NCBI GenBank assembly: GCA_964016885.1
Contig: OZ024744.1
Span: 113,894,001 to 113,958,000, forward strand
Direction of reading: 5' to 3'
DNA from: Eledone cirrhosa
Taxonomy: Eukaryota
Length of the DNA stretch: 64,000 nt
The notes under the pieces: generated by a model
The model's database searches: none
What the model saw: only the letters and a program-made list of their open reading frames with translations
Told to the model about the DNA's origin: nothing
Made by a program: the position numbers and the translations under genes
Shown here: positions 1 to 12,750 of the stretch, piece after piece
Layout: each line of letters opens with the position of its first letter
Position numbering within the stretch: the first letter of the stretch is position 1

Positions 1-2653
1 TTGCTGAATCAATCAAGCAAAAGATTCAGGTAAAAGATGCAGAGACTAAGATGTAAAAAAAAGAGCAAACTTCTTTAAACAAAACAAAATCTTTGCCGAA
101 GATGCCAAAAGATTTTACAGGGGGTTAGGTGAGAAAAATATTGAAATAAGGTAACCACAACTTCAATGCCACATGGCTGGAACAATTGGAAATCCCTGCT
201 TGCACCCAGGAATGAAATGAGATCACCTCACAAGAAATAAAAACAGCAGTCAGCAATGTTGGAAACTGGGAATCACTGGGCAGAGATGGTGTGCAGAATT
301 TCTGGCTGAAACATCTGGATATGCTCCATAAAGCCTTGGCTGCTGAATTCTCCAGGATTGTAGCAAACCCAAGAGAGGTCCCAAAGTGGATGACAACTGG
401 CATAACGTATCTTCTACGAAAGAATGAATGCACAGAATATCCCAAAACTACAGACCAATTACATGTCTCCCAACGATGTACAAAGTCCTCACATCAGTGA
501 TTACCAACAGGGTCTACAATTACCTCGTCTGTGGAGATCTATTGCCACCTGGACAAAAAGGCTATAAACGAGGGAGTTATAGGTGCCAAGATCAGCTGCT
601 GATAAATAGACTCAACAGAAAACTACAAACAGAAAAATAAAAACCTGTCAATGGCCTGGATAGACAACAAGAAGGCATTCGACAGCATACCTCATTCATG
701 GACCATAAAGACACTAGAAATGTATCACATAGCACCCGAGATCACAACTGTTCTGAAGGCAATGATGACAGACTGGAAAACTATGATGGTCCTTCAACAC
801 CACAACGGACCACTGGAATCTAGATAGATCAAGATTAATTGTGGAATATTCCAAGGTGACTCATTGTCCCCTTTGCTGTTCTGTATATCACTTGCTTTGT
901 TAAATCAGTTATTGCGGATGACAGGCTATGGATATAAAATAGACAACAGACACTACAGTCACCTTCTTTATATGGATGATATCAAGCTATTTGGAAACAA
1001 TGATGGGTAGCTGGAAGGTTTACTGCAGACAGTGAAACAATTCAGTGATGACATCCATATGGAATTTAGACTGGACAAGTGTGCAAAGGCCACATTCAAG
1101 AGGGGGTTGCTCCCTAACCATAAAGATATTGTCATAGACCAACAAACTACCATAAAGGAACTTAACAATGAAGAGTTCAACAAATATCTTGGAGTTAATG
1201 AAGGAGATGGAATCCAGCAAGTAAGTTTGAAGGAAAAGATATGGAAGGAGTACATAAGGGGAGTGAAACTGGTAACAAAAGGTGAGCTAAACTCCTGAAA
1301 CAAGTTCAAAGCCATTAACAGTTTCACAGTACCAGTTATAACATACAGCTTTAACATCATAAACTGGAACCTGCAAGAACTATAAAGGTTGGACACTAAG
1401 ACAAGGAAACTATTGACAACGGAAAAAATACATCACCATAAAGCTGATGTACATAGGCTATATATCTCTTGGCGAGAAGGTGGTAGGGGGCTCCGACAAC
1501 TGGAAGCTGCATAAAGTGAAGGTGGAAGGGGGCTTTGACTACTGGGAGCTGCATACAAAACAGAAACCATTGGATTGGATAGCTACCTCCACCACACCTG
1601 AGATGAACTCCTGGTGCCTGTACTCAAGCATGAACGAATTAAGAAACTACACCCAATATCAAAAGAAGCAAGAAAATGTAGGCAAAAACTGAACATGGAG
1701 CAAGACATACCCATAGAAAATCAACAACAGAGTGCTGCACAACTAGTTATGACTGTGAAGATCAAAGCAAAGAAACTCCAAACAAAGGAACTAAACCATG
1801 AATGGAAGGCAAAACCACTACATGGTAGATTCCCAGAACAACTTTCTGATAATGATATCGATCAGCATGGCTCACTATGCTGGCTCAGAAGTGCTGGTTT
1901 GAAAGCAGAGACTGAAGGACCCTTAGTTGCTGCACAAGACCAATCTTTAAACACTCGGGCCTATAGACACAGAATAGTGAAAGATGGTACTAGCCCTCTA
2001 TGTAGAATATGCTACAAACATGAAGAAAAGGGAGATCATGTTATCTTCGGGTGTCCACAGCTGGCAAAAACTGACTATATTGAAAGACACAACTGCATTG
2101 CTAGATATGTGCACTGGATGCTTTGCCGCTCTCATAAGATCCAAACTTCTAGCAAATGGTATGAACATCAACCAAAAACAGTCATGGAAAAAGGCAACAT
2201 ATCCATCTTGTAGGATATGCCTGTGATAACCGACCAAGAAATCGCTGCCAACAGACCAGATATCATAAAAACAAAACAGATCAGACATGTAGCCTTATAG
2301 ATATTTCCATACCAGCTGACAAGAATACATCTATAAAAACAATGGAGAAACTGTCAAAATACAAAGACCTGGAAATAGAGATCAACCACATATGGAGGAT
2401 GACCACAAACACTATCCCTGGGGTAATAGGGGCATTAGGATTAATACCCAAATCCTCAGACCTACACCTTAGCGTCCTTCCCTGCAAGATCAGTAAATAT
2501 GAGCTACAGAAGATCAGGCTACTAGGAACAACACACATTCTCAGACAAGTTCTCTCTCTACAATGGAAACCTCTATTGTCCTAGGTTCAAGGCCTGAACC
2601 TGGTAATAGAGAAACAGAACTGAGCTAAATGAGCAGCAACAACAACAACAACA
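1..2653 (+). mobile_element. Degenerate R4/Dong-type non-LTR retrotransposon (RT + CCHC zinc knuckle + restriction-like endonuclease), 5' part outside window
   Basis: Frameshifted pieces encode NYRPITCLPTMYK, FQGDSLSP (~850), HLLYMDDIK (~960), KYLGV, WLRSAGLKAETEG..AAQDQ, CRIC..E..DHVIFGC, RHN, NRPDI and KYKDL. Ends in a (CAA)n tail at ~2635-2653. Confidence 0.9.
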
Positions 2654-2654
2654 A

Positions 2655-3496
2655 AGGCCAATATCTTTTGTGGAATCTATTTGAGACTGTCACTGACCGC
2701 ACAAGAACTGCCATGACAGAGAAGGCCAATATCTTCTGTGGAAGCTATTTGAGACTATCACTGACAGCACAAGAACTGCCATGACAGAGAAGGCCAATAT
2801 CTTCTGTGAAAGCTATTTGAGACTATCACTGACAGCACAAGAACTGCCATGACAGAGAAGGCCAATATCTTCTGTGGAAGCTATTTGAGACTATCACTGA
2901 CAGCACAAGAACTGCCATGACAGAGAAGGCCAATATCTTCTGTGAAAGCTATTTGAGACTATCACTGACAGCACAAGAACTGCCATGACAGAGAAGGCCA
3001 ATATCTTCTGTGACAGCTATTTGAGACTATCACTGACAGCACAAGAACTGCCATGACAGAGAAGGCCAATATCTTCTGTGGAAGCTATTTGAGACTATCA
3101 CTGACAACACAAGAACTGCCATGACAGAGAAGGCCAATATCTTCTGTGGAAGCTATTTGAGACTATCACTGACAGCACAAGAACTGCCATGACAGAGAAG
3201 GCCAATATCTTCTGTGGAAGCTATTTGAGACTATCACTGACAACACAAGAACTGCCATGACAGAGAAGGCCAATATCTTCTGTGGAAGCTATTTGAGACT
3301 ATCACTGACAGCACAAGAACTGCCATGACAGAGAAGGCCAATATCTTCTGTGAAAGCTATTTGAGACTATCACTGACAGCACAAGAACTGCCATGACAGA
3401 GAAGGCCAATATCTTCTGTGAAAGCTATTTGAGACTATCACTGACAACACAAGAACTGCCATGACAGAGAAGGCCAATATCTTCTGTGAAAGCTAT
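2655..3496. repeat. 68-bp minisatellite, ~12.4 near-identical copies
   Basis: Unit aggccaatatcttctgtggaagctatttgagactatcactgacagcacaagaactgccatgacagaga; starts at 2655, 2723, and so on. Confidence 0.97.
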
Positions 3497-3874
3497 GCCA
3501 TCTTTACAAGATAAGAATAGCCACCATCCAGAAGCAGGAAGGTGATACTTTGGGGTATGTTAGAAAGTATGATCAGAAAGGGATGTGAGAAGTACGTTAG
3601 GATCGTAAATGAACTATCTCTTCAAGAGCACTGTATATATACCATAAAGAACTATAACAATCTAAATATGAATTACAGTACCAGACTCACCAGATTTAAA
3701 TTAGATCTCATACATGTACTCAATATCAAGCACATATCTTTTTCTGTGGATGAGGTGTTTTTATGACACCCCCTATGTAAGGGACTGCAGATAATTGCTC
3801 ACTCACCTTTTCTTGCTCTAGGTCAAAGATGATGACTCAGCAAAAGAAGGAACAACAATAACAATAAGTTGATT

Positions 3875-4015
3875 ATATAAACCCCAGTGTGTTACTGGTA
3901 CTTTATTTTATCAACCCTATAAGGATGAAAGGCAAAGTTAACTTTGGTGGGATTTGAACTCAGAACGTAAAAGACCATAACTCTATGCTGTAAAGCAGTG
4001 TCCGATGCTCTAACG
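3875..4015 (-). mobile_element. tRNA-derived SINE (family S1; central gcctttcatcc...gtcgataaaataaagtaccag domain)
   Basis: Minus strand has B-box gagttcaaatcc followed by the conserved central domain. At least 7 related copies occur in the window. Confidence 0.8.
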
Positions 4016-4548
4016 ATAATAATAATAATAATGATTTCTTTATTAACCACAAGGAAAACATTAAGGGCAGGACAGTATAAATATGGGTTTCTGCATATAT
4101 ATATAAAAGGAAACAATATTAATAACAAAAGATGTAACAAAAAATAGAAACAAACGAAAAATCCCCAATAGAGGGGACACACACACCAAGGATTACTCAT
4201 GGAGAAAGCCCAAAAGTCACTGTCACCCTGACCACAGGGTAAGCGCTCTCTCCTAGTTGCCCTCCTTCAATACTACAGACTCACACTCAAGGCAGGCCCA
4301 TTCACATGGGCCATGCTTGCCTCTCTCACCCACCTTTCAACAAACTGGATGGAAGGCAGCACTTCCCTCTCCACCCTGATTTTCTTTTTCAGGTGAAACC
4401 TGAAAAAGTTAATGAGAATATCACCGAAGAGGAAAGTGCCCATCTTCAACCCTCTCAACTGCATCCACCATATGACTTCTTTTACCATGGCCACTAGGCA
4501 GATAAAAACTGCCTGCCTTTCCTGGTTAAAGGAGGGTGGCAGGGCAAT
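4016..4548 (-). mobile_element. 3' end of an L1/Tx1-like LINE, 5'-truncated
   Basis: ORF 4273-4494 (AMVKEVIWW...F.ERW) resembles a Tx1 ORF2 C-terminus. It is followed by a 3' UTR, AATAAA and an (ATT)n tail. A homologous fragment lies at 13440-13695. Confidence 0.55.
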
Positions 4549-4726
4549 CTTAATGATAGCAATAATAATAAACAGGATGGAAACTACTCAGGATATGTAG
4601 ATCTAATCTGATGTAGAGTAAAAGGTGAAATAATAAACAGAGACTATACATACCTGTGTGTGTGATTCAAATATATACAAACTAACCTTTGAACCCCTAA
4701 AATATTTGATTTCATTGTCAACCATT

Positions 4727-4982
4727 TTAACCCTTTCATTACCATATTTCCAATGAATTACTTATAATTTTCAATTGTTTTGAAAATAATCAAACATTGA
4801 GACAGATTTAGTAATATATATAACTTTCTTGTTATAAAGTTGTTTGGAACATAACTTAACAAAGGTTCTTAAATAAAATTATGATGAAAGGTTTAAATTT
4901 AAGCATAAACACTTTAAAAGAAACAGTTTTTCACCACAGAACCAAGAGTTGTTCTTAAAAAACTTGGTATAAAAAGACTTAA
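4727..4982. mobile_element. Possible piggyBac-like MITE remnant
   Basis: Begins TTAA-CCCTTT and ends near aaaagac-TTAA; the termini are degenerate. Confidence 0.35.
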
Positions 4983-5099
4983 ATATTTGCTAAATATTTA
5001 AAACAAATCAACAATATTGCAAGTAACCATATTTATATTTTCATTAAAACTTATGAATTCTGCATAAAAAAAAATTTAAAAAAATGCCAGATAACATAC

Positions 5100-5386
5100 T
5101 TTGATCCATTGGCTAAAAGATTGTGGGAAGATTCCTTTTCACATGTAATAGGATCAACATCGGTATTGGGAAACTTATGGACAGTTGAAGAAGAATCCAA
5201 ATGATGAAATGACTTTCTCAGCGAAATTCCATGACGTTCGGCAGCGTTCCTTACAATCTGTGTCCATTTTTTCTTTGGTTTAAGACAATTGCTAATACTT
5301 TCCATCCTACTGGACGCCCGCTTTGGCTCCATTCGTTGTATCAGAGCATACCAACGTAATTGGCTCTGATCCACCATGCTTATCAT
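5100..5386 (-). CDS. Candidate first coding exon of an unidentified host gene
   Basis: Non-repetitive 95-codon frame (MISMVDQSQLRWYALIQRMEPKR...NLLANGS) preceded by an in-frame TAA. It ends at a consensus-like donor AA|GTATGT (GT at 5099-5098), after which the sequence becomes AT-rich and intron-like. Confidence 0.5.
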
Positions 5387-5679
5387 AACATTGTTTAGGC
5401 AAGTTTACAGTTTGAAAGGTGTATACTTCTACTGTTACTACTGCTGCTGCTGCTATTGTTCTGGTTGCTGTTGTTGTTGTTGTTGTTGTATTTGTTAGGT
5501 GCCAAATAATCCTGAGCTAAGCTGCTATAAAATTCATTATCCTAATTCACCTTGGACCAGGCCATGCAAACAAATATAATCAATAGCAAACTGTTTTATA
5601 GTTGGCTCAGCTACATGGATCCTCATATTAACACTTAGACATTCCTCATATATATATATATATAGATATATATATAGAT

Positions 5680-5882
5680 AGTGGTATTCCATCGGTCATG
5701 ATGACGAGTATTCCAATTGATACAAACAACAGAACAGCCAGCTCATGAAATTAACATGCATGTGGCTGAGTATTCCACAAACATGTGTACCTTTGACGTA
5801 GTTCTCAGGGAGATTGAGCGCGACACAGAATGTGACAAGTCTAGCCCTTTGAATTACAGGTACAATTTTTGCCAGCTGAGTT
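5680..5882 (-). mobile_element. SINE 3' fragment (octopus-type repeat)
   Basis: gtggctgagtattccacaaac...gtagttctcagggagattgagcg...gccctttgaa...gccagctgag resembles, from memory, a common octopus SINE body. It abuts a TA tract. Confidence 0.5.
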
Positions 5883-6517
5883 GTGTGTGTATAAAAACTA
5901 GGTTTTCTAAAGAAAAAAAAATCAAGAAAATAGTATTGAGATTTGAGAGGAAGATTACTCTAAAACAAAGCTGAGAAGAAAGAAATAACAACAACGGCAA
6001 CAATAACAACAGCAAACATAACCACAGAAAACATTATTTAGAAAAGAATTAAAATATAAATATCATATTTATGATAAATGACAGGTATGAAAGCTGTCAT
6101 GAAGTCTTCACATGTGTAAAGGTAAGGCCTAATTTAGCTGAGATAAACACCAGTGGTAAAACTGTAGATTTATATAAAATAAAAAAAATTGAGTGTTGTT
6201 TTAAAGATGAAAGTGAACAGTTTTACTGTAGAAAAGAATAAGTTAGAGATGGCATTGTTTATTGTTTCTATCTGGTAATATTAAATACTGTTGTATTGAT
6301 TTCATGTAAAACATCTGTGGTGCTGGTGAGAGAGGGGGGGGGGTGAAGAGAGAGAGAGAGGGGAGTGCAGGGGGGGGGGGTACGGGGGGAGCAGGAGAGA
6401 GAGAGAGAGAGGAATTACTTTTATGAAACATTGTTTAACCTCAAATTATATATAAGTAAATTATTCTATTTTGGTAGTTTCATTAATTTGTTAAATATAT
6501 TTGATTCATTTTGAATG

Positions 6518-6574
6518 ATACATACATATATATACATATATATATATATACATATTTATATATATATACATATG

Positions 6575-6633
<59 letters not shown>

Positions 6634-6634
6634 G

Positions 6635-6674
<40 letters not shown>
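6518..6674. repeat. (TA)n microsatellite
   Basis: Seen directly. Confidence 0.95.
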
Positions 6675-6678
<4 letters not shown>

Positions 6679-8338
6679 GCAAAATCTGACCACACCTTGA
6701 ACCTTGGGTGACACCTAAAAGTCAAATTCTAGGTCACCATCCTTTTCGGCGTGGACAGGTGCATGCGTGGGCGATCCCTTGAGGCGGGAGACAGAAAGCG
6801 ACAGGTATAAAAAGCATGTATCATCCCACGTCTAACACACAGAGAGATCGGAGCATTACGCTATAGATAATAGCTATGTGAAAGATTCACCACTACCTAA
6901 GGCTGCTGAGGTCTACAGACAACCACAAACCATTACTCTCCCCCCCTCTCTCACTATGGTCTCAGACTACACCAGCCTCATGAACCAACAACAAAATAAC
7001 ATTGTGAACCTTCGCGACTCGTGGTAACTTGTTTGTTGTTATTCTTGACTGAAGTGAAGTAAACCTTTTTATTTATAAAGTAAATCAACTATTCTTGTTA
7101 TTTCATCTAACAAACACAACTAATACCCTTCGTTACATTGGTGACCAAGATGCGGGAACGAACAGGTTCCTCCTAAAAAAAAAAATACGGAGTGGTATTT
7201 TAAAAAAGAAAACCACACGCAACCTTTCTTCATATGGCTTACATTGACAACATCAACAACTTTCTCAACAGCAATCTATAATTACCAAGCTTCTCATCTA
7301 TATGGTACGATATGATAAAACTTCACTTCAAATTATTCACCAAACTTCGATTCTACGGAATATTTACAGTGACTTTGCTTCGATAGCAGCAACAGCAACA
7401 ACAACAACAACTCTACTAGCTTCCTAGTAAGAACGATAACACGTTTATCACAGAGAAAAGAAAAATTGAACTTTTTGTTAAAAAACAATTATTTCCCCCT
7501 TTTTTACAAACAATGTTCGAACATTTATTTCTTTTAAACTGTATATATAAACATTCATTTTTTTTTTATCATTGTATATATGACTGCATACGCACATTTT
7601 TTTAAGCTGTATTACATGCCTGCATGCGCGCACACATTTCTTTGTCACACACCAACATGTTGTTGTCTATAGTGTATGTTCTTGATTCGGTAGGGATTCT
7701 GCAAGATCACTTTTCACCTAGCCGAGGTACGGCAAAAGCTATAAAACACATGAAACTCACCCACACTGGGACTACTCGCCTGGACTCACTCAGGCACGCA
7801 ACTCAAAATTGCACACACTCACGTCATAGCGTCAACCTCAACTCACTGGAAGAGAATCTTATGTATGATGATACATTGAGAGAAATAGTCCTCTGTGTTA
7901 TCATACGCATGCATACACAGTTATACGATATTATTTTTTTTTCTTTCTCCAAATTTCTCTACACTTGAAATGCAGGCGCAGTACCCACATTTTGTGTTTT
8001 GGGACACGCTTCTGGAATCAGATTTCAGTACGCTAGCAAATAGCTTGTGAAAGATTCACCGCTATCTACAGGCCTCTGGGGGTCTGTAGACCCCCAGAGG
8101 CCTGTAGATAGCGGTGAATCTTTCACAACCACAGACCATTACTCTCTCTCTCTCACTATGGTCTCAGACTACACCAACCTCATGAACCAACAACAAAATA
8201 ACATCGTCAACTTCGCAACTCGTGGTAACTTGTTTGTTGTTATTCTTGACTGAAGTGAAGTAAACCTTTTCATATATAAAGTAAATGAGCTATTCTTGTT
8301 ATTTCATCTAACAACCATAACTAATACCCTTTGTTACA
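6675..8338 (+). mobile_element. Non-autonomous LTR element (TRIM/LARD-like) inserted in (TA)n
   Basis: 5' LTR 6675-7137 runs TGTAGCAAA...TTCGTTACA with a TATA-like tataaaa at ~6807. It is followed immediately by PBS-like tTGGTGACC. A partial 3' LTR (~8029-8338) ends TTGTTACA. The ~890-bp interior has no gag/pol ORF. Confidence 0.75.
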
Positions 8339-8358
8339 TATATATATATATATATAAG

Positions 8359-9135
8359 CAATTAAGTTAAAGATGTACATCCATATATGTATACTGAAAT
8401 ACTAGTATGTATATGAATACACACACGTATACATATGTAGATGTACCAAGTTTACATACAGAATAGCTGGCCACTCACAGTAAAGTGACCAGTGAAAAAA
8501 ACTTGGTACATCTACATATGTATACGTGTGTGTATTCATATACATACTAGTATTTCAGTATACATATATGGATGTACATCTTTAACTTAATTGTTTAAGC
8601 GTCAGTCATACAAAAGTGAGTTACAAACGAAACAAAATTTAATTTCGTTTCGTTATTTGTTTTTATCGTCTCCGTTGAACCGGTACTTACTCACACTCTA
8701 TGCAAATTAGTCTGCCCACTACTAATTATCATAGAAAAAGCATATAACGATATGTGCTTTTACGATTCTCTAGAGAGGCCGGAAGATAGGTAAATATTGC
8801 AGATGAGTTGTAACAACAACGAAACTAGTTCAATATTCCTTGTCTGGCTTTCTGGAGAATAGAGGAAAGGTGTTTCCTCAAAAACCAGTATGACTCTAAA
8901 AACCGGTTTGTCTGTGTGTTTACATACAGAATAGCTGGCCACTCACAGTAAAGTGACCAGTGAAAAAAAACTTGGTACATCTACATATGTATACGTGTGT
9001 GTATTCATATACATACTAGTATTTCAGTATACATATATGGATGTACATCTTTAACTTAATTGTTTAAGCGTCAGTCATACAAAAGTGAGTTACAAACGAA
9101 ACGAAATTTAATTTCGTTTCGTTATTTGTTTTTAT
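8359..9135 (+). mobile_element. Non-coding hammerhead-bearing element, copy A (Penelope/retrozyme-like)
   Basis: Direct repeats at 8450-8666 and 8918-9135 (period ~468). A 95-bp inverted duplication lies at 8359-8453/8499-8593. A hammerhead motif sits between the repeats. Flanked by TA tracts. Confidence 0.7.
8793..8837 (+). ncRNA. Minimal type-I hammerhead ribozyme motif (core variant CAGATGA)
   Basis: aatattg-CAGATGA-gttg(taacaa)caac-GAAA-ctag-TT-caatatt: 7-bp stem I, 4-bp stem II, palindromic loop III; U4 is mutated to A. Confidence 0.7.
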
Positions 9136-9242
9136 ATATATAAGTATATATCAATTTCTTTATATATATATAACTAATAAGCTCTGTAACCTACATAGGG
9201 CACTCTTTTTTTCCTGTACCTTTCCGACGGAATTGCTTCATT

Positions 9243-9391
<149 letters not shown>

Positions 9392-9999
9392 ATAGCATAG
9401 CCAAACGCTGTCTGGGTGATTGGTAGTTACCACAATTCCGGTTTGTATTTATTTTCTTGATTTATTCTTAAATTGAGTCTGGCAAACCCTATTGTCCATA
9501 GTTAGTATTCTTTTCACCTTAGCGAATCTGGTCCCTTATGATTTGAACACATATATGAATATATCTGTGTTTATCTTTCTTTTATATTCAATTATAATAT
9601 ATGGCTCGGAAAAATCTCTTTCTTAGAACTATTTTATTGTAAGAGACTATTTTGAGTTTCTAACTCAATATATACCTTTGATATATATATATATATATCA
9701 TCATCATCATTTTACGTCCGCTTTTCCCTGCTTGCAAGGTATATATATAACCTATTTTTAGAAATAAGTACACTGAAATTAGCCTAGAGTTAGAAGCTTT
9801 AAACACACGTGTTTTCTGAATATGAAAATAGTCTAACCATTAGGGCATAAAAACCCCTGGAAAAGGAAAAAAAGGTGGGTACACAACATTCACATACAAA
9901 CATAAGCACACACATAAACATACACCCAGACATATATATACACACACAAAGATATATATGCAGACACACAAACATATACACATACACAGACAATTACAA

Positions 10000-11010
10000 A
10001 AGAAAGTAATACACAAGATATCAAGGATAAAACATTATGGACATGGCTTAAACAAGGTTATTTGAAGTGTACCACTGAAGGCCTTATAGTTGAAGCACAA
10101 GATGAAGCTCTTGCTACTAATTCAGTGAAATATAACATCTACATTACTTATGACATCTGGAAATGCAAACTCTGGAGTCTCAAATAATGTAAACTGGTCA
10201 TGTAGGTGTCATGGTAAAAAGCACTCAGCACTCACTGTAAATGAGGTTGGTGTTAGGAAGGGCATCCAGCTGTAGAACTCAAGCCAAATCCTGGCAATGC
10301 CCACAACAGGACAACCTATCTAACCCATGCTAGTGTGGAAGAGTGGACATAAAACGGTGATGATGAAATAGGATGGATTGGGGTCTCAATATGTAAGCTA
10401 AACGATTAATTCTGGATTTTAAAAAATTAACAGAGAGAACCTAGAAAAATTACTGATTTTGCAACCCCTCCCCCACTTATTCCAACTCCCTTACCTATTT
10501 CAACCATCCCTACCCCTACTTATTCCACCTCCCCTATTATTTGGGACCCGAGCATAACCCACTTGGTAAATAGATGTGAGAGCTTTGCACAAAGAAAATA
10601 CAAGTGCTGCTAAGATCAAGCCTGTCTATACTTTCAATGGCTTCTGTGTCATAAATACCAATATGAAGTCACAGAGAATTGGTATAAGTGTCTTGTAATG
10701 CAGGGGGATGGGAAAGTAATAATTGTTTCTACTTTTGGCACAAGGCCAGCAATTATCCCAGTATATTACTGGTACTTTATTTTATCGACCCGTAACGATG
10801 AAAGGCAAATTTAACCTTGGCGGGATTTGAACTCAGTCCGTAAAGGGACGTAACTGTGCTGCAAAGCATGGCGTCCGACCCTCTACCGGTAATATTCTGG
10901 GATTATGATTGTCAAACTGATAGAGTAATTGAGCATCACCGATCTGACATTGTCATTTTGAACAAGACAAATATTGTCAGATCATCCACGTGGCCATACC
11001 AAATGACATA
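10000..11010 (+). mobile_element. Old R4/Dong-type fragment interrupted by three nested insertions
   Basis: WLKQGYLK.TTEGLIVEAQDEAL (~10045-10110) and FWDYDCQTDRVIEHHRSDIV (~10890-10955). They are separated by an RTE-type tail (~10188-10365), a MITE half (~10370-10552) and an S1 SINE (~10716-10888). Confidence 0.7.
10716..10888 (-). mobile_element. SINE family S1
   Basis: Same sequence as the copies at 26600-26775 and 44308-44495. Confidence 0.85.
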
Positions 11011-11804
11011 TTGTCACTCAGTACATAACTGGTACTTTATTTTATTAACCACAACCATGGTAAGATGTGAACTCAGAACATAAAGAACTGTAAAAAATAA
11101 CACAAGGCATTTTGTTTGATGCTCTTCCGATTATAATTTATAACTGAATCATTCTTCACTTCAATCTGAGCAGAACCATAAAAATAATTTTTTTTTCTAT
11201 AATTTTAAACAGTTTTTCTATTTTAATATTTCAATAGTGATGTGTGTGTGTGTGCATGGGTGACAACATATATATATACGTGTGCATGTGTGTATACGTG
11301 CATGGGTAATAGCATATATACATGTGTCTATGTGTCTATGTGTACATGTGTGTATATTGGTGGTAGCATGCATACATCTATAAATACAGGTGTGTGTTAC
11401 ACCCCACAGAAATGTTCTCCGTAGCCAATTTCTTCTAAGAATGCTGGAATTATTAACAACTAAATAAGCCTGTGTTTACTTTTAATCTTTATAAAATTCT
11501 CAACATTGTATAAAATATACATTAGTTTGAGATGTCATAATTCCTAACCTCCAAATAGTCAATAATTCCAACAAGCTGCCAATTACAGTCTTTTAATAGT
11601 TTGTACTTTGTACAGCAACCTCTATTTTGTGTTCTCTTTGTTGTTAACATAGATTGTAGGCTAAGATTTATTGAGGGCAGATTCTATCCAATATCATTTG
11701 CCCAACAACTGGGTTAAGATAATTGTATATACTAAAGAGTCAGTTTTATCAAAGGTAGCAATGAAGCCATACAAACAACTTTATTATCCTTGTTATTATT
11801 ATTG

Positions 11805-11910
11805 AGGGAAGTGGATTGGCAATATCATTAGAGGGTTCGACTCCATGCTTTCCAGTATAGAGTTACGTCCCTTTGCGGGCTGAGTTCAAATCCTGATGAG
11901 GTTAACTTTG
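11805..11910 (+). mobile_element. SINE S1 5' head, followed by (GAA)n(GAT)n
   Basis: gtggattggc...ctgagttcaaatcc...ggttaactttg. Confidence 0.7.
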
Positions 11911-11936
11911 AAGAAGAAGAAGAAGAAGAAGATGAA

Positions 11937-11983
<47 letters not shown>

Positions 11984-12151
11984 ATAAATCTTAAGTGAAA
12001 AACATTTTTTTTACTCTACAGAAAAAAACTTATGAAAAATATTAAAGTAACTAATAAAAAAAAAGATGCTTTCATTTTTTATTCACTTTGGAATATATGA
12101 CATCTCCAAACCTGTTTCCAAAACAGCTTCCTCATATGGTGCCAATTAAGT

Positions 12152-12502
12152 TACTCTCTCTACTTGAATAATTGCCTCCCTATTCAGTTTTCAGGACCTC
12201 CTCCTGTTCATTGTTATTCCCCACACTTATTAAATTTTGCTAATTTTTCTCTGACGAAATATTATTTTAAGTGGTAGCATCCCTGCGACAATTTTCTTTA
12301 AACATTAAAAAAAAAATTATACATGACAAAAGAAATCCCATGCTTTTTATAACAAATGAGGTGGGTTGGGGTCTCAATATGTAAACTAAATGACTAATTT
12401 TTTTTTTTTTTTTTAAATCAACGGAGACGACCTAGAAAATTTACCAATTTTCCAAAAAACTTCCCTCACTTATTCCAAACATTATTTGGGACCTGAGAGT
12501 AT
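12152..12502. mobile_element. MITE-like DNA element with TACTCTC...GAGAGTA termini
   Basis: Degenerate terminal inverted repeats. The right half is homologous to 10370-10552. Confidence 0.5.
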
Positions 12503-12750
12503 ACAACTGTTACAAAACAAGCTAAGTTATTAGATTGTGAGTCCAAGACCACAACCACTAAGCTATATACCTACATCAACCAACGATAGGTTTATAAAGA
12601 TCATTTTAGTCATCTAGTACAGTGTTTATATTAATAGTTTATAAAAGTTAAAATGAGAGGAAAAACAGAAAATCAAAATTTAATACTAACAAAGAGAAAT
12701 AAAATATGTATGACACAAACAATCTAATGGCATCAGTTAATGAATATAAA

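Noticed and set aside
3795-3850. Possible minus-strand micro-exon ending aaaag|gtgagt
   Set aside because: Good donor, but the acceptor and frame are ambiguous; not supportable without RNA data.
11893-11910. CTGATGA as a hammerhead
   Set aside because: A mutated SINE B-box flank with no stem II or GAAA.
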